Below are positions 23,270 through 36,820 of a stretch of DNA of 64,000 nucleotides, in pieces. The DNA is taken from positions 26,164,001-26,228,000 of the forward strand of contig OZ024748.1 in NCBI GenBank assembly GCA_964016885.1, in the 5' to 3' direction. A program made the translations under genes and the position numbers. The notes below the pieces were generated by a model. It was not told the DNA's origin. It saw only the letters and a list, made by a program, of their open reading frames with translations, and searched no databases. This stretch comes from Eledone cirrhosa. Its lineage: Eukaryota. Position 1 is the first letter of the stretch; each line of letters starts with the position of its first letter.

Positions 23270-23700
23270 TATATAAAATTGTTAATACATTTATTAATTA
23301 TTGGTTGATTTTCATAAAACATGTTTTATTTTGACCAGCATAATGGTAGAAGTACAGTACAGTGTTAAAATTTTACACAGCGTTGTCCACCAGTGTTTGT
23401 AATTTTCTGGGTATATCCTCGATTGACTTCATCAGGAACTCAGGCGGTATGTTGGTTGAATGCATTCCTCCAATTAAGTGAGGGCTTTTTGCTGGTCATT
23501 CCTGTGGACCCCAACAACCCAGCCAATGTCCTGGAAATTGGACATCAAGCCACCCACTGACAGTGCGTGTAAAATGAGGAGGGTTAGGGTTGCAAGAATA
23601 TGAGATCATTGATGTACCAAGTGGTCACAGTAGACCAAAAATTATAAGTAATTTTCAATAGGAAGTGTCTTTCCATCCACTCTGTACATCTGTATAGACA
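23270..23700 (-). mobile_element. Remnant of a DD41D (rosa-like) Tc1/mariner transposase
   Basis: Minus strand PPHFTRTVSGWLDVQFPGHWLGCWGPQE*PAKSP...IPPEFLMKSIEDIPRKLQTLVDNA; third catalytic residue region deleted, so family is assigned from motif style only. Confidence 0.65.
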
Positions 23701-24122
23701 TATATTTAATATGGAGTAAATGAAACAAGGTTAACTAGACTAACAACTAAATTCTTTATGTAGAAAGAAGAGATAGTTGGTCTTGAAGCTGATGAACAAA
23801 CTTGATAAAATATGGAAAGATGAAATCATTTGTGGAAGTTTGTTGAACTTCCTGACTGATTTATAGATGCTATCTTCCTAATCTCTCTCTACCCACACAT
23901 ACACACACCCTTTCATTTCCATACATCTCTCTTATCTTTCATGGTCGCTCATTTCCTTTCCTCCTCGCTCCTCTTTCCTTCTTATATCTAGCTCAGTGTG
24001 TACACACACACACACACACATAAATATATACATATATACACATACACATATATATACACATATATATATAATATATATAATATATATACATATATACACA
24101 TATATATATATATATATATATA

Positions 24123-25416
24123 CAGGGTGTGGACGATATTTGTTCGCTAATTTTATGCACATTTTTTTTACTTCCGTTGTCACTCTTGTCTTCATAAAAA
24201 CAGTGACTATATTTCCATTATTTATTTTCAGAATAATTGATTATGAATAATTTTGAACCTCCAAATTTGTGGAAGAGATACGGAGTTCTTCTTGGAATCC
24301 GTGCCGGGAGGATAAATAAGGAAATTTCAGACTTTCTCAGCGTCAGCAGGAGAATGGTGGAAAAGGTCAGAAAGGAATTGGAAGATTCAGGATTCGACTA
24401 CGAAGCAACATCAGAGAGGAAAACACATGATCGACAATCTGACGCCTTCAGAACGCCCGAGTTCGTCGCTGAAGTTCAGGATATCATCAACAATGAACCT
24501 AGCAAGTCAATGCGTGCCATTGCAAGGGAGAAAGGCGTGGATGAAAAGCTCATTAGGCTGGAGGTACATGAAGACATTTGCTACGTTTCATACAAGATGA
24601 GGAAAGGACAATTTCTGTCAAAGGCGATGCAAGAAAAGCGACTGAAGCATGCAAAGAAGCTGATCAACAAGTTGAAACACCCACTGGAGCCAGACATGCT
24701 GTTGTTTTTCTCCGATGAGAAAAACTTCTGCCAAGACCAGAAGATCAATTCCCAGAACAACAGGTGGCTCGCTGTCTCATCCAAAGACGTGCCCAGAGTC
24801 ATGCAGACAAAGTTTCCAGCGACAACATTGGTCTTAGGTGTCGTCAGCAGTCAAGGTGACGTCATGCCACCTCACTTCTTCCCTAAGGGCCTCAAGCTGA
24901 ACAAAGATGGCTACATCCGCATTCTGAGCGAGGTAGTAAAGCCCTGGATCAACCAGGTAGCTGCAGGTAGGGCGTACGTATAGCAGCAAGACTCAGCGCC
25001 CTGTCATACCAGCCGAAAGACCCAAGCCTGGCTGTCAGAGAACTTCGTTGACCACACTTCACCTGACATCTGGCCTCCCAACTCGCCTGACTGCAACCCC
25101 CTCGACTTCTTTGTGTGGGGTGCAGTGTAACAAGACACCAACAGATCTAGCTGCAATAGGAAAGACGATCTGAAGGCCAGGATCACAAGTGCCTTTAGGG
25201 GCCTAAGTCGGGGGACAGTGACGAAGGCCTGTAGCCGGTTCCGAGGCCGCCTTGGGGCCGTCATCAAAGCCAATGGCGGGTTTATCGAGCGAGATCGAAA
25301 GAACAAGTCATGAAGACAAACTGACCCAAGTTTGATAAATATATCTTAAAAAATAAAACTACTCTGTTATTTTTTCCTAGACAGTAATCTTGCGAACAAA
25401 TATCGTCCGCACCCTG
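24123..25416 (+). mobile_element. Full-length Tc1/mariner transposon, maT (DD37D) family, 1294 bp
   Basis: 25-bp TIRs CAGGGTGYGGACGATATTTGTTCGC (1 mismatch), TA on both sides, single transposase frame. Confidence 0.95.
24243..25313 (+). pseudogene. maT transposase, 356 codons, two premature stops, no frameshift
   Basis: FSDEK, QQDSAPCH, WPPNSPDCNPLDF with 37 residues between 2nd and 3rd Asp; stops TAG 24981-24983 and TAA 25128-25130; terminal TGA 25311-25313. Confidence 0.93.
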
Positions 25417-25460
25417 TATATATATGTGTGTGTGTGTATATACATACATATATATATATT

Positions 25461-25513
<53 letters not shown>

Positions 25514-26136
25514 GCTAGCAGGGAAACTTAGCCATTAATTGATGATATATATATGTATGTGTGTGTGTATGTATATATATGTGCGTGTGTGTATGTATGC
25601 ATATATGTGTGTGTATATATATATGTGTATGCGTGTATGTATATATGTGTTATGGAAATTTTCCATCATCAGCCTTTTCCTTTTTTGTATCAGTCATACT
25701 GTGTGTACATGCATGCGTGTGTGTACATGCATGTGTGTGTGTATATATATATATATGTGCGCGTATATATAAATGTGTGCATATATATAAATATGTGCGC
25801 ATATATAAATATGTGTGTGTGCATGTTCCAAATATGTGACCAAATAAGTAAGGAACAAAATATTTTTCATATTCCTTCCTCCGCTACATGAACAATGGGT
25901 GGACCAATAAGCAAACTATTTATTCTTTTACTGGTTTCCGTCGTTAGACTGTGACCATGCTGGGGCAAGACTTCAAAAGAATTCAGTATTTATTTTTCAA
26001 GTCTAGTATTATTTGTTGAACTACTAAGTTCCAGGACATATAAACATAGACTCTCCCCAACACACACACATACACATATGTCTCTGAACACATGTATATG
26101 TATGTATGTATACATATATATGCCTGCATATGTGTG

Positions 26137-26375
26137 TGAAGGCGCATGGCTTAGTGGTTACAGAATTGGATTCACAATCGTGAGGTTGCAAGTTCAGTTC
26201 TGAGAACAGGCAATGCATCTTTGAGGAAAAACACTTTATTTTATGTTACTCTTTCTGCCAGGAGTTGCAACTGGTAGATAGTATCAGCAATGGAAACATT
26301 GTTTCCTTGGTCTGATTTGATGAGTTCCACCCAACTCGGTGAATGAAGTCTGGAATCTTGTCGATTGATTTGATT
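26137..26375 (+). mobile_element. SINE family B
   Basis: GAAGGCGCATGGCTTAGTGG head; body module CCAGGAGTTGC...GATAGTATCAGCAATGGAAAC shared with 11330 and 33880. Confidence 0.8.
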
Positions 26376-26619
26376 GATAAAGGTGTGTGTGTAACCTAAC
26401 CATAATTGCTTTCTACAGGGACCCTCAAACGTCTCTGCTGTACTTCCAAGAGTGTTTCAACAACATCAATTTCTTTATAAAAAAATGTATTTCTGGAAGT
26501 ATATATTAATGTTAGGTGACTTAAACATTCCTTAGAATGACTGACCCACAACTACTTTGAAACCAGACAATTGTATCTCAACAACAAACAAATCAATAGT
26601 AGAAATGGTGCTTTACATT

Positions 26620-27200
26620 CAGTTCAGTTTTACCTTGGGACCCTCTCTGGAGCACAGACCACCACCAAGTGTTCTCCACCCACCAGTCCTAAGCAAGTCA
26701 TTCCCTCTGGAACATATACCACCATCATGTTTTCTCTAACCATCACAATCCAACTATTCTCCAGGAATGTTTCAAATTTTCTGCTTGTGCCTCCAGATCA
26801 TGGCACTACATATTCCAAGGCCATCCTCTTTTCTTTTTTCCTTGTGGGCTGCAGGTCAGGGCTTGTCTTGTGGTATTAGATGAAGATTTTTGGAGGATGT
26901 AACCAATCCATTTTCCATCACTTATGGATAATTTCATCATAGATAGGCTATTGATCAGTTTTCTGAGCACAATTTCTGGTTACTAACTATGTTTGGCTAG
27001 CAAATCCATTGATTATTCTTTTCTGTGTTTGGGCCAAAGTGTTCTGCTCCTAATGTTAAGCAATCACTCTATCACTATCCATAATAATTCAGTTGACAAA
27101 ACTATTCTCTCAAATCAAAGCATGGTACACTGTAATCTTAGCTTGCAGCATTCCATGACTAAACCAAATACATTCACCCTGCACACCCATTTTCTAATAT
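26620..27200 (-). mobile_element. Highly degraded RTE-clade LINE 3' fragment
   Basis: Minus strand remnants of the WKWIGxIL...TRQALT.PQGKRKRGxP C-terminal pattern. Confidence 0.55.
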
Positions 27201-27667
27201 GGATCTCTACAGAGCAAAGAGGGAAACAATTATGATGACCTGTCATTTGTTGACTAGTCTTTTACACATACCCACCATTTTTCTGACATCAAAGCCACTT
27301 AGCAAATGTTTGAGGATTTAGTTACCAACACAGGCTCAAACCACACCCCAACACAACTTGTGAATAAAAATAGTAGTAGACTCCCAAAAGTCAACATTCC
27401 TCATTAGAAAAATCAAGAGATGAAATGAAAAATGAATTCAACTCCAATACCACCATCGACAGTAATGATGACACAAATTGAATAAATATTTTTGACACAG
27501 CATCAATCCTATCACCAACAATTGACAGTAATAACGACATTTGAATTGAAACAATATCTTCGAAACAACATTAAAACTTTCACCAACAATCAAAGAGTAA
27601 TGACACTGGAATTGAAAGAAAAATATTTTCTACAATATCACAAACAATAAAAGAGCCTTGGAAGAAG

Positions 27668-29020
27668 GGCTTCTTCGTCTTCGCCCACTTATTCCTGAGA
27701 AGGTTGTGGGACCAGAGTCCTCAAACACTCCTTCCAACGGGTCCTGTCAAGTAACTGTCTCCAACTGATCTGGCTGGATCCCCAAGCGAGACAAGCCAAG
27801 TTCATGAATGTTATCCAACCATCTTTTCTACCCCTGGGTCTGTTGGGTTTTCCCATAAAATCTGTCCAGTGATTCTTTCCTGAGACATTCTAATCAAATG
27901 TCCATAGTATTGGAGCTGTATCTCTCAATTCGGAGAAGTAGCAGCTCTACATGGAATGACACGTTCATCTCCAAGTTATGCACTCTATTGAATAACACTA
28001 CTCCAAAGACCCTTCGGAGGAACCCCATTTCGGCTGCTTGTATTCGTGATCATATTCTTTTAGTCATTACCCAAGATTCATGACCATAGGTAAGGGTTGG
28101 CACGAATACCGAATTGAAGATAGTACATCTGGCTTTTACACCTATCTCCCTTCTTCTGATTACTGACTGCTGAAGCTGGTGCATTACTGCACCAACTCCA
28201 ATTCTTGCACTTAATTCAACTTCCTGCCTTCCATCATATGTGAACACGGCCCGAGATACTTGAACTTCTCTACCTGCTTCAGTCGAACTCCATTTACATG
28301 TAGAGTGCACTGCACAGGCTTCCTTGGGAAGATGAACGTCTCAGTTTTCGCAGCCCTGATTTTTATTCCAGCCAAGCAGCTCTCAGCATCAAACCTATCG
28401 AGTGCAAGTCAGAGATCACCTTCTGTCAAGTTAAGTAACACCATGTCATCTGCAATTCCAGCCAACTGATTTTACACCCTCCAGTTGTGATACCAGCTGC
28501 ACATGTCAATCCTGTTCATGAAAATAATGAACAGGAGAGGTGGCAGATGCACCCTAGGTGGAGTCAAACTCCCACATTGAATGGTTTCGATTTAGCACCA
28601 TTTTTCTGAACACAAATATTTGGGCATTCGTATAGAGACATCAAGGTAAGCAAGAAGCTGACCATCAATCCCATACTCCTGCACAGCCTTCCACAGCACG
28701 TCCCGAGGAACATGGTCATATGCCTTTTCAAGGTTGGCAAAACAAGACTTGCTGCAGTGTGAATATTTCGTTGACTGTGTTGCGTCCGGGGCAAAAACCA
28801 CACTGTTCATCAGCTAGCTTGGACTTGACAATCTCCCTGCATCTCTTTGCCGGACGCTTAGCATAGACTTTACCAAGGTGGTTTAACAAGGAGAAATCTC
28901 TGTAATTGGAATAATTTCTCTTGTCTTTCTTTTTGAAAATTGGGATTATCACTCCCGATTGCCATTGCTTAGTGCCTTTCCAGAGATCCAGGCCACCCAG
29001 CACACATGAGTCAGCCAGAG
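27668..29020 (-). mobile_element. 5'-truncated RTE-clade (Expander/Rex3-like) LINE, degraded
   Basis: WQSGVIIPIFKKKDKRNYSNYR, EQCGFCPGR, NLEKAYDHVPR, VFVPTLTYGHESWVMT; 3' end matches 6520-6590. Confidence 0.88.
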
Positions 29021-29864
29021 AAGAAGGGCAATTGATAAAATCAATCACAACCTAAAAGTGTTCTATTTGCCAAACATCCTTCCATTGATTAATGTAAACA
29101 GCATTCCCACCAATGATGTTAAAGAAATGTGGGAGAGGATTCAACAAAAAATTCTACAAAAACAATGTTGCTCTGTCTTCAGTGATTAAACTGAATTTGA
29201 CTGAGTGTCAGTGGCGACAAATACTAACATTACATTCTTATATCAACTGCTAACATATTGTACCTAACATTACATTCTTATGGTGTGGTATGGTCCTGTA
29301 ACTTTTAAGAGAGTCATAGTGGTATCATAGTGACCTACAGCATTTCTTGGGCATTTTACCTGGTGGAGTGCATCTCCTCTCCAGGGCTAAATACAGCAGA
29401 TTTCTTCTAGAGAAGGCTAGAGAATGAGAGAATGGAAGTGAGAAAGAGGCATAGAGGAAGAATCGACCCCAGTCCTAAACTGGTACTTTTTTATTGACCT
29501 CTGTGGGATTTGAACTCAGAGAGCAGAGAGTCAGATTAAATGTTTCCTGGTAAACAGAACCCAGAGTGTTGTGAATGTATCTACTTCAGCTCAGCAAAAG
29601 AAATTAGTTCCTGAAGATACTGTGTTCGACACATTTCTCTATATAATATATATATAAATGACCTCACAGTTGTCATTAAACACAGCCAAATAACGTTTTT
29701 TTTTTATGACTATAAGATCTAGAAAGTTATTAATGGAATAGATAACCAGATAAAAATCAATCTGTTTGGTCTATTTCTGTTGTCATGTTTGTTTCAGTGA
29801 TGTAGTACAGGGGGAAGAGGAACATAGCTCACCTCTTAAGAACTGGCCCCATTTTTATTAACTA

Positions 29865-30512
29865 CTAGCAGTAAAGCCCGGCGTTGCTCGGGGTCGCTCA
29901 GTAGCTGTGTTAATGTTACAATGTTAAGTTTCTTTTTTGGCTTAAAGTCTGTCTGCACGACTGTCTGTCTGCAGGCCTAACGAAATTTACAGATACATAT
30001 ATTTTAAATAAACTTATATAATTTTTGCTTTTTTTTACGAAATATTTGCTTGTTTTACGTAGTCTTGTTTTCAAGTAAAAATATTGTTTTAAAAGGCTTT
30101 TAAATGGAAATGAAGCAAAACGGAAGCTTAGTGTTCGAACTGATGAATTTTGCAGGTCAAAATTTTGCTGGCTCGACAACTGTTCGTGTATTGTGTTAAT
30201 GTCATTTTAAACGCTGAGAAATCCAGCGTAATATTTTTAATTTTTGCACGCAGAAAATGTAAACAGAACGTAAGACGCTCAATGTAAACAGAACAAAGGG
30301 AAATAACTCGTCACTTACGCTCAAAAATCGATACATTAGATTCGATTTCGTCACATAGGGTGGGTCAATTTGAAATATTTTTTTCCGATGTCTTCGCTAG
30401 GGCTCAATGTACAAGTATAGCAATTTCGGTGCAATTCCGTCAGAGATTCTAAGAGGAGATATGTGCCAAAAATCGATAGACAGACAGACAACCACAGCTT
30501 TATATATATAGA
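29865..30512 (-). mobile_element. Non-autonomous Helitron, 648 bp
   Basis: Minus strand A|TCTATATATATAAAG...(GTCT)n...CCCGAGCAACGCCGGG hairpin...CTAG|T; no TSD. Confidence 0.85.
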
Positions 30513-30919
30513 TAGATTATTCATTTTTTTCTATAAAAACTGATGATACTCCAAATATATTTAGTTCAAACCATAAAAACAACATCAAGAATCCACTAAC
30601 TTCTGATGTTTCTATTCAGAGTTACAGCACATGTTCTAAGTGATCCCATTTGAATCCATGCATTTTTCAAGGTACACGGTGAAGTTTAGTATAATGTCTT
30701 TATAAACAGACTTAGGGATGGCTCTGATAATTAACCAATACTTTGAATTAGATAATATTTTTCGTCTTTTTTATTTGATTCTTTCTAAATTCTTTACACA
30801 TGAAATATATCTAGCTATTCTGAAAAATTGTATTTCAGCATTAATTTATGCATGCATACACATATGTATGTATAATAATTTTATGTCTATATGATGATGC
30901 ATATACATGTTTATATATA

Positions 30920-31221
30920 CACATGCATACATACACCTATATATACACACATACATTTATATGTATGTATATATTATTTTATTTATACATATATATATAT
31001 GTGTGTGTATATATGTGTGTGTGTGTGTGTATATATGTGTGTGTGTGTATATATGTGTGTGTGTATATATGTGTGTGTGTGCGTATATATGTGTGTGCGT
31101 GTATATATGTGTGTGTGTGTGTATATATATATATGTGTGTGTGTGTATATATATATGTGTGTGTGTGTGTGTGTATATATATGTGTGTGTGTGTGTATAT
31201 ATATATGTGTGTGTGTGTGTA
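30920..31221. repeat. Compound (TA)n(TG)n microsatellite
   Basis: Direct inspection. Confidence 0.95.
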
Positions 31222-32374
31222 TTTTAGTATAAGTAATTTAATACTTAAGTTTATTAAAAGGTTCACTATTACTGTATTAAAGATGTGATAAAATATATTC
31301 AGTTCCTCAACTAATTTGTAAGTCACAGCTGGGGGTTGTGAAGTAAAATAGCTTTAACTACAACAGCAACAACAGCAACAACAGCCACAACAACTGTATT
31401 TCTAATGAAATGCTGTATTCTGATTTATTAATAAATAATTTGGAGGGATTTAGTAACATTATTAATTATTTAATTAATAAGGTTGTATTTGTAACATAGT
31501 TTTCATATAAAATTCTGTTGGAATGTTTTAATTTAAATAGAAACCTTTTAAAATGAGTTATTTTGTTTCATAGAACGAGAGCCAGTTCGTGGCAGGGATG
31601 GTATCGAAAGGGTTAAATAGGAACCTTTTAAAATAGGTATTTTTGTTTCATAGAACTAGAGCAGGTTTGAGGCATAGTTGGTGTGAAAAGGGTGAAGTGT
31701 CTCTAGTGTTGAACATTAAGGTTATTGAACAAGAAAGAGATTTGTATGACATCAATACAAACTCCCTCGTTTCCAGAGAACAATCACCAGAGACCAATTA
31801 GCTGATGATATTACAGTCACAATCCTGAACAAATCATTCAAGTTAGTTTCTACCAATAATAAACGACTGTATATAAACAATATATATTCCCAATGAGATG
31901 AAACGACCTATGAAATCAGATTTAATCTCAAAATTAAAACACATACATAAAAATGATATTTACAAATAATTTATTTAAAGTTTGTTCATTTCCTCCTCTT
32001 TACAGATAGAGGTAAATTCCCTCCAATAAGCCTTTTGTTACAGACATTCCCTTGTTACTGTTGCTGACAGAAATATGGTGGACCAGAGATTGGGCTGTTA
32101 GAAAGCTGTAACCAGCAATGCTATTGTTTACCAATTGTGATATAAAATAAATAAATAATAAATAAATACTTCAATTGACTGTTTTCTCCTAGAAAGTTGA
32201 TCTTTTACCAAATCAAAAAGAATTTTTTTTATGTGGCAAGTATTGTAAAATAAAAGTAAGCTACCAACATAAAATAGAAGTTCTAATTGATGTTTAGCCA
32301 CGTTACAAACCTGATCAAGCAGACCTATGAGTAAAAGACATCCAAGCTGTCACCATTTTAAGGCATAGTGTGTT

Positions 32375-32720
32375 CATCATTGTTTTTATGTCCGTTTTTC
32401 CATGCTTACATGGGTAGGACAACATCTCTCCACATGTGATCCTTCATCATCTCCACTGTGAGTCTCTCACCACCACTGCCCCTTCTTTGGCATTCCTCTA
32501 GTGTGGCTTCCTTCCATTCGGATTTCTTGGCAGTTCTTCATTCAAAGATCACGATCCATGTGCATCACATGTCTACACCAACACAGTCTCTTGCACACTA
32601 TTTCTGATTCCTTTTATACTCAGTTTTTCTCTCAGTTCATCCAAGTTCTGTCGTTCTCTTACATTAACATTTCACATGCATTGAAGCATCCTTACTTCAT
32701 TTCTCTCCAACCTCAGGACA
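32375..32720 (-). mobile_element. Degraded RTE 3' fragment/tail
   Basis: TGTCCGTTTTTCCATGCTTACATGGG resembles the LINE tail at 56098-56130; WCRHVMHMD-like remnant on minus strand. Confidence 0.55.
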
Positions 32721-33665
32721 ATTTTATTATTTCACATATCCTCGGGACAACTTTATTCAATGTGTCATATTTTGTAGACATTAGTGTTTGATTGAGAGAA
32801 ATTTTACAGCTATTTCTAGCAGGTCAAGTGACTGTATAGAGGTTCTCTCACTGACTCATAGAATAAAGGTAAAGAATTGATGCAGAGGTAAGTTATCAGT
32901 GAACCAAACTAAGGATGGGTTGGAAGAATCTTTAGAAAGTAGGATGAAATGCTCTCTTGGGATATTGTGTGGGTGTGCGGGTGGGGGTGGGGTGGGGGTG
33001 ACAGGGCTGGTAACAGGATTTGGTACTCAGTTGGGAAGGAAGTAGGGGAGTTCAGAACAGTCAGGGAGGTGGGAACACTTTCACAAGGAACATATTCAGG
33101 TTTCTTTTATAAACTCTATTTTCTAAATTTGAGGGTGCACCATTTAAATGCAGGGGCAGTGCCATCTAATGCTCACACCTTCACCCTTGGCAATGGGTTT
33201 GGTTGCAAGGGATGGGGATGGGTGAAATAATATATCACAAAGAGTATATTTCTTGAAGTAGTATTGGTGGTGAAATGATATGTTAGGAAGAGAATGTTCT
33301 GCCTTCTTTCCAGATACTGTCATGGGTTTGTTTTAAAATGAAACCAGACAGGCAGAAAAAGTTGAATTCCTAAATATGTGAGGTTCTATTAAGTAGGGGG
33401 GGGGGGGAGAAGAGACAAGGAAAGAGTGAGAGCAGTGATTAATATAATCTGATGTTGATAATAGTATTTCTGGGACTAATTCGTAGAAAGGAAAATAGAC
33501 TTAAGAAAAGTTTATAAAACAGCTCCAGAGAAATTAATATTTCAGGGATATTCAGATATAAAAGATAGTGAAAAGGGGCCAGGAGATAATTTGTTTTGAG
33601 GCAGTGTAATTGTTGACAATATTACCATTATGGATTATGCTAGTTTGTAAATATATATTCCTTCT

Positions 33666-33990
33666 GAGGCTTGTGGCTTAGTAGTTAGAGCATTGGGCTC
33701 ACAATTATGAAGTTGTGAGTTTGATTCCCAGAATGCTCATAATTGTCCCAGTAATATTTTTTAATGTGTATAAGGGTCCCAGTAAGGGATTTACAATTGT
33801 GAGGTTGTGAGTTAGATTCCCCGAGCGGGTGATGTGTTATGTCCTTCAACAAGACACTTTATTTCACGTTACTCTTTTTACCAGGAGATGCGACCATTAG
33901 ATAGTATCAGCAATGGAAAGATGATGAAAACATTGTTTCCTTGGTCTGATCTGACGAGTTCCACCCCCTCTTGGTAAGCAAATGAGGTCT
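33666..33990 (+). mobile_element. Family B SINE with duplicated head
   Basis: TGGCTTAGTAG A box, second B-box segment at 33795-33825, CORE-like segment and shared body module. Confidence 0.75.
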
Positions 33991-36049
33991 GGAATCTTGT
34001 TGATCCTTAATGAAGGAGAAAAAGAGTAATATCTCTAATGTTTATAAGGGTTCCAGTAATATCTCTAATATTTATAAGGATACCAGTAATGTATTTAATG
34101 TTTAAAGGGTCCCAGTAATTAATATTTATATATAAGGGTACCAGTAATTAATATTTATAAGGGTACCAGTAATGTATTTAATGTTTATACAAGGACTTCA
34201 GAGAAATGTGAAATGATGAATGAAACAGACAAACTGCAGCAGTACAGGGTTAAATACAATTTCAGCATGTATACTAATCCCTCTCATCATCTAGAGTTAG
34301 AAGTTTTATTGATGGGGTAAACAACAACAACAGAGGCACCACACTTTTCCCTGACATCACATAAATTATGTGTATTTGTAGTTTAATTGTTAAAAATTAA
34401 TGTTTTGTCTCTTGTCTCTTACTCCACTGCACAACATTTGGCTTGTGTCAGACACTGTGACTCTGGAGTTCTGTGCCCTTTGTAATTTCATTTTGAAAAA
34501 ATAATTTTTTAGGGTTTTCCCTTAAAAAAATGTTTTTCATTTTGCCTTGTTTTCATTTGTTATCTTTTCCTCTCTTTGTTAATTTTCTTAAGTTTTTTTA
34601 ATAATATTACACCCTTTCATCATAGGTTTGCTCAGCCAAGCCTGACTTAACAACAACAACAGTCTTACAATACTACTTTCCTTGCAACAACATAGTTTTC
34701 TGGCTTTATTCCATGGGAAAGTGTTGTCCACCACCTCAAGACAACCAAAGTTTTGTGAATGTGAAGGAAATATTGCCTAAAGAGCTTGGGGCCCCATTCC
34801 TGTTTTGGATGTATTCTATAATATCAATATAAGTAATATTACTTCCTTTGTACCAACAAAACAACAGGCTTTCCTGGTTCAATCTTATTCCGTGGCACCT
34901 TGGCTAAGTATTTTCAACTCTAGTCTCAAGTCTTGAAGATGAAATTTAGGAAAGAAGACCATTAGAAGTTTTTGAGTGGTAAAATATAATCAGTCTCTCA
35001 GTTTAACACTGCCATTTCACCATTGAGTCTCTTTAATGGAATCCACTCTATTGTAAGGCTACTGGATAGCTGTTCGAGCAGAGGATAACTCCTTTCTCCC
35101 CACTCTTGACCCAGTCTAAGGAGAGCCTGAAAATAATTATAAGCACTGCACTTACTCCCATAAAAACAATATGATAAATTAGTTTAACAATTATAGAATC
35201 TGCTAGAATAACATTTCTATTGACTTGGGAGCCTTTCTTATGTTTTTGGATCTTTTGTATGTATTTGTTATTCATTTTCTTACATATTCATGTAATCACT
35301 TTTATTGTGCCCCCTCCCCACTCCTGCTGAGAATCATCCCATTTCTAACGTTCAAGCTCATAAATCTTATTTTTATTGCTGTTCTAAATGACACTTGACA
35401 AATTCTGTATTTTCTAAATCAAGAATAACTTTACTGACCCTCTCTTTCAACTCACAAATATTTTAATATGGTGTCTTATGAAGAAACCTACCACATTCTT
35501 ACTTCCGTTAAAAAGAAAAAAAATATATTTCATACTAGAAAAAAACAAAACAAATTTTATAAGCATGTTTGTTACATCAAGTCTCCTGCTCTATCTCCAT
35601 TTGCTTCTATTTCTTCTGCTACATTTACCTCCCTTCTTTCTTTATTTCTCATTTTTCTGTCTATTAGATAACACTATTCTTTATCTGTTTTGTTGGCAAT
35701 ATCTCCACTCACCCCCAGCTTCTTTCTTGTCATATCTTGTACACTGCTTATTCCTCATATTTCCTCTGTTTCCTTATTTAGAGTTCTTATCTCCAAAATT
35801 ATTCCTGTTGATTGGCTTACATCCTACACTGTCTTTGTGGACACAGTATTATAGCTGAATGGTTAAGAAGTTTGCTTTGCAGTTATTAGGTCTAAGTTTG
35901 ATCCCACTGTGAGACATCTTGGGTGTTATTCACCATAGTCATGAGTCAGATCATGTCTTTGTGAGTCAAAATGGGTAGACAGAAACTGTTTGTCCAGACA
36001 TGTGGTCAGTCAGCCATAGGTATATAACTAAGTCTAAAGTCTGTCTCAT

Positions 36050-36295
36050 CAGCCTAGTGCTTATCCCAGTTTCTGTGGCATGAAGTAACTGAGAGTACAA
36101 GACTTCCCTCAGGACAGGATGCCAGTCCATCACAAAGTTAAACCCCCAGCTATTACTGGTACTCATTTTCAGCAGAGTATACTGGAGCACTGCAAAATGA
36201 ATTGTTTTGCTCAAGAACACAACACACAACCCAGTCCAGGAATCGAACCTATGATATTATGTTTGTATGTCCAACACTGTTACCACTAGGTACAA
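36050..36295 (-). mobile_element. Family B-related SINE
   Basis: Minus strand GGTTCGATTCCTGGAC B box, GTTCTTGAGCAAAACA CORE-like segment, GATGGACTGGCATCC 3' module. Confidence 0.7.
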
Positions 36296-36789
36296 AACCC
36301 ATGCTCAATTATTATCAAAGGAGGTCCCTTCTTTCTTTTCTTCCTTCTATTCTATTCCTGTTCTTCCCATATTTATTCCTTCATGTTCTTACTTCCCGCC
36401 TTCAAGATTAGAGAGCTGCAGAGTAAATCTCTCTTTGCTATATGGTAAACCTCTTTTTACTACATGATAAACCTTTTTGCTACATGATAAACCTCTTTAC
36501 TACATGATGAACCTCTTTACTACTTGATAACCTACTTTACTACATGATAAACCACTTTACTACATGATAAACCACTTTCCATCATTCATGAATGATATTC
36601 ATTTTAGTTCACATGAATAAAAAAAATATTTCTTTGTTGTTGAGAAATACTGAAAATAGAAGAAAGGTCATTTTTTTCTAGTGTAGAATTTGCTAATAAT
36701 CTGCGTTTTTTCCCTGTAGAAAGTAAATTAAATTATACAAATTTTGTTTTATACACATACATACACACAGATGCATGTGTGTGTATGTA

Positions 36790-36820
<31 letters not shown>

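Noticed and set aside
25645-25690. Minus-strand CTGATGA followed by a TGGAA/TTCCA stem
   Set aside because: No GAAA, stem III or stem I partner; at best a fragment.
32860-33620. Possible old LINE RT remnant (DSIWKEG-like, minus strand); piggyBac-like AAGGGTTAA end at 31610
   Set aside because: Too degraded or one-ended to classify or bound reliably.
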